Of a DNA stretch of 64,000 nt, positions 58,151-64,000 are shown one piece after another (the stretch's first letter is position 1; each line of letters opens with the position of its first letter). The translations under genes and the position numbers were made by a program. The stretch is from a candidate division WWE3 bacterium (GTDB taxonomy: Bacteria > Patescibacteriota > WWE3 > UBA101185 > UBA10185), in the NCBI GenBank assembly GCA_052035175.1, contig JBPOHV010000001.1, forward strand, positions 169,569 through 233,568. The letters run 5' to 3'. The notes below the pieces were generated by a model, which made no database searches, was not told the DNA's origin, and saw only the letters and a program-made list of their open reading frames with translations.

Positions 58151-59260
58151 ATGAAAATCTTAACTGGTATAGATATACCTTTCCATCCTTTTGGCGGAAG
58201 TCCTTTAATATGTAATGATTGGTATTCAGATCTACCTTCTGATACTGAAGTAAAATTTTTGGCACTCAAGCCGACAGATATGCAACTTGATAATTGGTGG
58301 TCCATTAAAGATGTAACTTTCTTAGAAACTTTGAAAACTAAAAATGCTGATGAATATCAAAACTATATTAAAAGCTTATACGAGGAGGTATCTAAAATAG
58401 TTGAGGATTTTAAACCCGATGTTATTCATGCACAACACTTAAACTTTGGACTTTCTCGAGTATTCGCGGATTTGAGTAAAGATATACCTAAATTAGGCAT
58501 ATGTCATGGTACAGATGTTCAATGGGCCATGAAAGAAAAGTTCTTTGAGGAAAACCTGATATATATTTCAGATAACTTAGATAAATTACTTTTTCCAGCA
58601 GAAAACATGGCGAAAGACTTTTTTAAAATATATAAAAAAGAGAAGCCTTATGTAATTAATCCTCATGGAATACCTGATAATTACTATGTAAATACTTTGA
58701 TAAATCCTTCTTATGATGGAAAAGATCCATTAAAGGTATTATACGCTGGCAGATTATTATCTATAAAAGGAGCACATATAGTAGTTGAATCTCTTGCACA
58801 TACTAGAAATGCTGTTGAATTAACAATCATTGGGAATGAAGATGAGAAAGGTTATAAGGGCTTATTAAAAGCCATAGTAAAAAAGCATAATTTAACAAAT
58901 GTTATTTTCAAGGATCAAATTTCTAGAAGCAATTTAATTAATAGCTTCAAAAACTATGATTTAGTTGTATTCCCATCTATTGCTATAGAAGCTTTTTCTT
59001 TAACATCTATAGAAGCACAGGCTTCAGGTTTACCTGTAGCATATGCTGAAGCTGGTGGAATAGCTGATGCGGTAGGGGGTTCAGGTATTATCATCAGTCC
59101 AAATACACCACAAGCACTAGCAAAGATTTTTGATGGTATTTTCATCGACCCACTACTTTTAAAGCAATACCAGTTACTAGGTTATGAAAATGCGAAAAAA
59201 TTTAAACTATCCGAAAAAAAGGATAAATTATTCAAGATTACCGCTGATCTTTTGAGGTAG
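58151..59260 (+). CDS. GT4 (GT-B) glycosyltransferase
   Basis: KPDVIHAQH, HGTD, YAGRL..IKG, EAFSLTSIEA (Ex7E). Confidence 0.92.
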   Translation: MKILTGIDIPFHPFGGSPLICNDWYSDLPSDTEVKFLALKPTDMQLDNWWSIKDVTFLETLKTKNADEYQNYIKSLYEEVSKIVEDFKPDVIHAQHLNFGLSRVFADLSKDIPKLGICHGTDVQWAMKEKFFEENLIYISDNLDKLLFPAENMAKDFFKIYKKEKPYVINPHGIPDNYYVNTLINPSYDGKDPLKVLYAGRLLSIKGAHIVVESLAHTRNAVELTIIGNEDEKGYKGLLKAIVKKHNLTNVIFKDQISRSNLINSFKNYDLVVFPSIAIEAFSLTSIEAQASGLPVAYAEAGGIADAVGGSGIIISPNTPQALAKIFDGIFIDPLLLKQYQLLGYENAKKFKLSEKKDKLFKITADLLR

Positions 59261-59265
59261 ATCTT

Positions 59266-59955
59266 TTATATTGGAAAGGTTTTATATACTTTGAAGTTTT
59301 TTTCAGACTCGTTTTTTATTACCATTGTGAGGGAGTTCATCTCTAGTTTTACCGATGTGTCAAATAATTCTGAAATATTTTTCTCGAGTGCGGGCATTTC
59401 TGAGTCTTCAATAAAAACAGGATTTAATAGTGTAAAGTGTGGTTTAAAATGTTCAAAAATGTATGGTGCATAAAACATCTTTATCTTTTTGACCTGGTCA
59501 GGCAAGTACTTAATATCATTTTCTGCAGTTTGTTTTTCTAGAAGATTTACATATAGTGAACCTCTTCCTAGTATTTGTATTGTACTAACTAACACATCAT
59601 GAAGAGTTTTCACATTATCATTAGGTATTAACCTAATAGCTAATTGAGTTTTATTTTTTGGCCAAAATCCAATTTCTTCTACATTGAGTGTCAGTTCTAA
59701 GTTCTTAGAAAATGTGTTTAGAACATTTTGTATCTTTTGTTCTATTACAGGTAAATCACTTTCATTTATAGTTACTGCATCAGTCATAGTCATATGAAAT
59801 CCGTAAACACTGGACTCTGTTACCCAGGCTTTTTTTATAAATGAATTTAAATTTATATGCTTTTGGTTAAGAATGTCGTAGCCTATTATTTCTGACCCCG
59901 TTTTATAATAATCTGTTTCAAATGGGATATAATATAATCCAAATAGCATTTGCAT
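59266..59955 (-). CDS. 2H phosphoesterase (DUF1045-like)
   Basis: YGFHMT and PHFT (two HxT motifs). Confidence 0.75.
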   Translation of the reverse strand: MQMLFGLYYIPFETDYYKTGSEIIGYDILNQKHINLNSFIKKAWVTESSVYGFHMTMTDAVTINESDLPVIEQKIQNVLNTFSKNLELTLNVEEIGFWPKNKTQLAIRLIPNDNVKTLHDVLVSTIQILGRGSLYVNLLEKQTAENDIKYLPDQVKKIKMFYAPYIFEHFKPHFTLLNPVFIEDSEMPALEKNISELFDTSVKLEMNSLTMVIKNESEKNFKVYKTFPI

Positions 59956-59961
59956 ATTATT

Positions 59962-60879
59962 ATGACACAAAGACGTATAAAAAAAGCACTTATTTCAGAT
60001 GCTGGTATGGCAAGCAGATATTTACCAGTTCTTAAAGCTTCCCCTAAGGGATTACTACCATTACTTAATAGGTCAATAATGGATTGGGTATTACTTGAAT
60101 GCAAAGAGGCAGGAATTGAAGAAATAATTATTGTTACAAGTGTTAACAATGTTGAGAAATATGAGCAGTATTATCATGACTCTGCACAACACATTAAGGA
60201 TGCATTACAAAAACAAAACAAACTTGAAAGATATGACGGTATAGTTGAGTTATTTTCATTGCCAAAGATAACTATAATAGCCCAATCTGTAGATTTACCA
60301 TACGGAACAGCTGCGCCACTAGTTACTGCTCGCCAATTTTTAGATAAAGAAGAAGGGTTTGTTTTTTGTCAGGGAGATGATGTGATTTTGGGTAAACATA
60401 AAGATGTAGCAAAGATGATAGAGTTGTTTAACAGCAACGCTGACCTTGCAGGTGTAATAATGACACAGGCGACTCCCGAAAACGAACTACATAACTATGG
60501 TGTAGTTAAGCTGAGGAATTCTGGTCTTTTAGAAGAGATTGTCGAGCGACCATCGAAAGGCAGTGCTCCCTCCAGATTAGTGTCTTATGGAAGATATTTG
60601 TTAACTCCTGAAATCTTTAAATATACTGAAGAAAGAAAGAGTAACCCTAATACTGGAGAATTTATGTTAGTTGACGCAATTACAAGTCTTGCTGTTAATC
60701 ATGATGTGTTAGTTGGCAAAACTGATGGTTTATGGCTTACAACAGGCGATCCAGTTAATCATTTAAAAGCACAAATAGCATTTGCATTGAATGATGAAAA
60801 ATATAAACATTCTATACAAGATTTTATTGATATTGAGTTAAAAAAGCTCTATGCGACCTCATTACCAGTGCACAAATGA
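59962..60879 (+). CDS. UTP-glucose-1-phosphate uridylyltransferase (GalU-like)
   Basis: KALISDAGMASRYLP..KASPK, PYGTA, YGVV, IVERP, GEF.LVDA. Confidence 0.85.
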   Translation: MTQRRIKKALISDAGMASRYLPVLKASPKGLLPLLNRSIMDWVLLECKEAGIEEIIIVTSVNNVEKYEQYYHDSAQHIKDALQKQNKLERYDGIVELFSLPKITIIAQSVDLPYGTAAPLVTARQFLDKEEGFVFCQGDDVILGKHKDVAKMIELFNSNADLAGVIMTQATPENELHNYGVVKLRNSGLLEEIVERPSKGSAPSRLVSYGRYLLTPEIFKYTEERKSNPNTGEFMLVDAITSLAVNHDVLVGKTDGLWLTTGDPVNHLKAQIAFALNDEKYKHSIQDFIDIELKKLYATSLPVHK

Positions 60880-61226
60880 AAATGAAGTTGATTAACTTCT
60901 TGGCGATTACCACCATTAATTAATAAAGTATATTCTTGCCATTCTAATTCTTTTACCAGTTCTTTTACTATCATGAATACTTCGTTGATATAAGTCATAT
61001 CTTCTTGCTCTAATGAGACTATATTCTTAATTTTCTTTTTAGGTACGATTAAAATATGTTTGTCCCAAAATGGCTTTGGATGCCAAAATGCGACTACTAG
61101 GTCATTTTCAAAAACTTTTTTTACAGGTAATACCTTACTAAAAGATTCAAAGGTTGTGCCTACTATAAAATCACCAATAGGTGTCTTAGCCATAGTGAAT
61201 AAAAATTTGCTCAGCTTCATAGACAA
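60849..61226 (-). CDS. HIT-like protein
   Basis: VAFWHPKP..KHILIVPK, QEVNQLHFHL. Confidence 0.8.
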   Translation of the reverse strand: MSMKLSKFLFTMAKTPIGDFIVGTTFESFSKVLPVKKVFENDLVVAFWHPKPFWDKHILIVPKKKIKNIVSLEQEDMTYINEVFMIVKELVKELEWQEYTLLINGGNRQEVNQLHFHLCTGNEVA

Positions 61227-61293
61227 ATTTTACCATAGTGGTTAGTTGTAATTTCATATAAAAGTAAAAACTGATGTATTATCAAATTACACT

Positions 61294-62454
61294 ATGGAAT
61301 TATCCACAGATCAACAAAAAGCACTAAACCAACTATTGAAATGGTTTAACAACAATCACAAACCTCAATTCATAACACTCGGTGGATATGCTGGTACGGG
61401 TAAGACGACATTAATTTCAATTTTCAAAAATGAATTAATTAAAATAGATAAAAAGATGACAATCGCGTTTTGTAGTTATACCGGGCGTGCAGCGCAAAAC
61501 TTGAAAAATAAATTAAAAGAACACAAAGCGATTTCGTCAAAAGATACAATCAGTACAATACACGGATTAATTTATAATCCTATCGAAAATTCAAATGCAG
61601 AAATTGTCGGGTGGGAAAAGAAAGAATTACTCGAGCATAGCCTTATTATAGTAGATGAAGCGTCGATGATAGACGAAGTTATTTGGAGAGACTTACTTTC
61701 TTATAATGTGCCGATCGTGGCAGTAGGGGATCATGGTCAGTTACCTCCTATAAAAGGCAAGTTTAATCTCATGGAAAATCCAGAAATCTTGTTAATAGAA
61801 ATACACAGACAAGCTAGAGATAATCCGATAATCAAAGTTTCAGAATACGCACGTACATCTGGAATTGTACCAGCACAAGAATTTGATACAAATGTAGCAA
61901 AGTATTCTCGAGAAGATCCTTATGTGCAATCAATCAGTAATGAATTGTTAGAAAATTACACAACAGATACACTGATATTGTGTGGCTATAATTCGACACG
62001 TACAAAGCTGAACCAGTATATTAGAAATAATCTAGGCTTTGAAAGTGCATTACCAGAATCTGGTGATAGAGTTATTTGTTTACGAAATAATAATAAAAAA
62101 GGAATATATAACGGAATGCTTGGGACAATTACTAATATAAATCTTAAAGAAACAGATTGGTACGACGCAGAAATCCAAATGGATGATAATACGAGACCGT
62201 ATGCCGGTCTCATTTACGCTCCTCAATTTGGTGCAACTACTGCAATTAATTTTACCGAAAATCGAAAGCACGCGATGAAAGGCGACTTATTTGATTTTGG
62301 TTATGCAATGACAGTCCACAAAGCACAAGGTAGTCAAGCAAAGCGTGTGATTATGTTTGAAGAAAGATTTAAACAAATGGACGACGATATGTGGAAGCGT
62401 TGGTTGTATACAGGTATAACACGCGCACAAGAAGAATTATTTTTGTTTGGTTAA
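61294..62454 (+). CDS. SF1B helicase (RecD/Dda-like)
   Basis: GYAGTGKT, IVDEASM, VGDHGQLPP, YAMTVHKAQGS, LYTGITRA. Confidence 0.93.
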   Translation: MELSTDQQKALNQLLKWFNNNHKPQFITLGGYAGTGKTTLISIFKNELIKIDKKMTIAFCSYTGRAAQNLKNKLKEHKAISSKDTISTIHGLIYNPIENSNAEIVGWEKKELLEHSLIIVDEASMIDEVIWRDLLSYNVPIVAVGDHGQLPPIKGKFNLMENPEILLIEIHRQARDNPIIKVSEYARTSGIVPAQEFDTNVAKYSREDPYVQSISNELLENYTTDTLILCGYNSTRTKLNQYIRNNLGFESALPESGDRVICLRNNNKKGIYNGMLGTITNINLKETDWYDAEIQMDDNTRPYAGLIYAPQFGATTAINFTENRKHAMKGDLFDFGYAMTVHKAQGSQAKRVIMFEERFKQMDDDMWKRWLYTGITRAQEELFLFG

Positions 62455-63929
62455 TAAGCAGCAATCCGCTTATAAAAATAGACTTTTGGATTTATATAAA
62501 TATTGAAGGGGTACTCAATAATTTTTTCTTCAAGAAGTAGATATTTATCTTTGTATCGACCATTAACTTCTGGTGAATCATAAGAGAATTCATATAAGTA
62601 TTTTCTTTCTTCATTTTTGTAATTCAATTTCCACGCGTTTGTGCCAAGTACAAGCACTGGGTTGATACGTTCATTGTTTACAGTTTGAACTGATTTATTC
62701 CAGATATATTTATTTACTAATACAAAGTCCATTGTCATCTGATAAGTGAAAAAGCCTATGAATGCTATAAAAGTACATATTAAAAGTTTATTGATTTTGG
62801 AAAGTTCGATACTTTTGATAAAAAATAAAATCGCAAATGGAATTATTGTAAGTAAGTATCTGTCATAAAAAGTTTCAGAAAGTATCATCAGCCCGAGATA
62901 TAGCGTGACAAATATTATATTGAAATCGATATATCTTCTCTTATATATAACTACTGCGATTGCAGGTAAAGACAAACTTATTAATATTTTTGACATTTGA
63001 TCCCAATATCTATATAAATCGTAATTCCATCTGAATTGATATTTCGTCCCTATCACGCCACGTGGGTATAGCCCTGTGCGCTCCCAAATGTTTTCAAAAT
63101 ATGGAAACTCGCCCCATGAGACTTTCATTGGTTGAAACTGTGAGTTTAAAAAATAGAGACACATTATGCCACATACCACTATTAAAACGATGTTTCTTTT
63201 TGATAGTTTAGTGTATGTGTTTAAAATAAATGCAATTATTAATGGCATCAGCAGTGCATATATCACAATCAATGATCCATACACCAATGCGAATGAATAG
63301 TCACGGTCAAATAAATGCGCCGTTTGCAATGGCTTCTCAAACATTTCAGCAGTTCGTGGAAATAACCACATATAATACCCATATAGAGTCAAGAAAAGGG
63401 AAGTAAACAAAAAACAATTTTTATAATCTCGTTTAAACATGTAAAAGATAGCCAAAGCCACGATAAATACAAGAGCTGCTTGCTTTACAAAAAAAGCTGC
63501 AATCAGACTTACACATAGAGTTAACAATACTTTTGGATTATTATTCTTTTCTTGTTCATATAAATGAAAAGCATATGTTGCGACAAGTAAAAAAAATAAC
63601 AAATAATTTTCTGTCATAAACCCAATCGAAGAATATGAGAACCATGGATTAAATAACAACAGCAATCCTACGACAAAGCCCCAAAAAATATTTTTTAAAT
63701 AGAATTTATTCAGAATAGCAACGAATACTAGATACGTGCTTATAGATATAATAAGAGTTAGTATTGGAAGACTATATAAACCAAAAAGCTTCGCAAATAA
63801 ATATGCCAAAAGACCTTGCACATAAAATGTAGGAGCAACCAAAGAGTTTAACGAAAAGTCGCCTCGTAAGAAGCTCTCAACAGTTTTGTAGTAGATCCAG
63901 TCGTCATTTTGCATAAAAGAGATAAACAT
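62451..63929 (-). CDS. Polytopic membrane GT-C-like glycosyltransferase
   Basis: NDDW near the N-terminus, MTE, KQ, YDRY and many TM helices. Confidence 0.75.
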   Translation of the reverse strand: MFISFMQNDDWIYYKTVESFLRGDFSLNSLVAPTFYVQGLLAYLFAKLFGLYSLPILTLIISISTYLVFVAILNKFYLKNIFWGFVVGLLLLFNPWFSYSSIGFMTENYLLFFLLVATYAFHLYEQEKNNNPKVLLTLCVSLIAAFFVKQAALVFIVALAIFYMFKRDYKNCFLFTSLFLTLYGYYMWLFPRTAEMFEKPLQTAHLFDRDYSFALVYGSLIVIYALLMPLIIAFILNTYTKLSKRNIVLIVVCGIMCLYFLNSQFQPMKVSWGEFPYFENIWERTGLYPRGVIGTKYQFRWNYDLYRYWDQMSKILISLSLPAIAVVIYKRRYIDFNIIFVTLYLGLMILSETFYDRYLLTIIPFAILFFIKSIELSKINKLLICTFIAFIGFFTYQMTMDFVLVNKYIWNKSVQTVNNERINPVLVLGTNAWKLNYKNEERKYLYEFSYDSPEVNGRYKDKYLLLEEKIIEYPFNIYINPKVYFYKRIAAY

Positions 63930-64000
63930 ATGTTGTAATGATATAATATTTTTGTATGTTTAAGCACGTGCGTGCGCATTATCCTTTGGTTTTATTTTTG

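Noticed and set aside
933-62271. Numerous 60-190 aa antisense or overlapping ORFs (e.g. 1730-2080, 11342-11917, 34311-34649, 43951-44202)
   Set aside because: They lie opposite or within well-supported genes and show no motifs.
1-64000. CRISPR array, rRNA, IS transposase or prophage structural genes
   Set aside because: No regularly spaced repeats or recognisable signatures were seen by eye.

Overview
AT-rich bacterial chromosome segment. The leaderless gene starts and many tiny accessory genes suggest a Patescibacteria/CPR organism (inference). The main feature is a ~27.9 kb integrative conjugative element (ICE; 17973-45838) inserted at the CCA end of tRNA-Glu(CTC). It carries a large serine recombinase, a replication-relaxation-family relaxase, VirD4/VirB4/VirB6/pilin/M23 transfer genes, an IetAS-type AAA-ATPase/subtilase pair and a BlaI/M56-controlled copper/heavy-metal/thiol-redox cargo. 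Most striking result: the att crossover lies inside the integrase gene. The integrated 561-aa form ends at a stop read antisense from the tRNA T-loop. Excision would fuse it in frame to a 45-codon tail at the far end of the element (about 601 aa), and that tail's stop overlaps the start of a PLD-nuclease gene. Three exact copies of a tRNA-T-loop-like 13-mer surround the predicted attP. Elsewhere: tRNA-Pro(CGG) and tRNA-Gln(CTG); a ~5 kb cassette (paired dCTP deaminases, GT4, GalU-like, 2H and HIT enzymes) between a truncated and an intact copy of a helicase 5' end; two HEPN-motif orphans; a metallothionein-like micro-ORF; a palindrome-interrupted duplicate of a tRNA 5' end; and a methyltransferase gene with complementary 5' and 3' flanks. 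All calls are by eye from motifs; no database searches were run.
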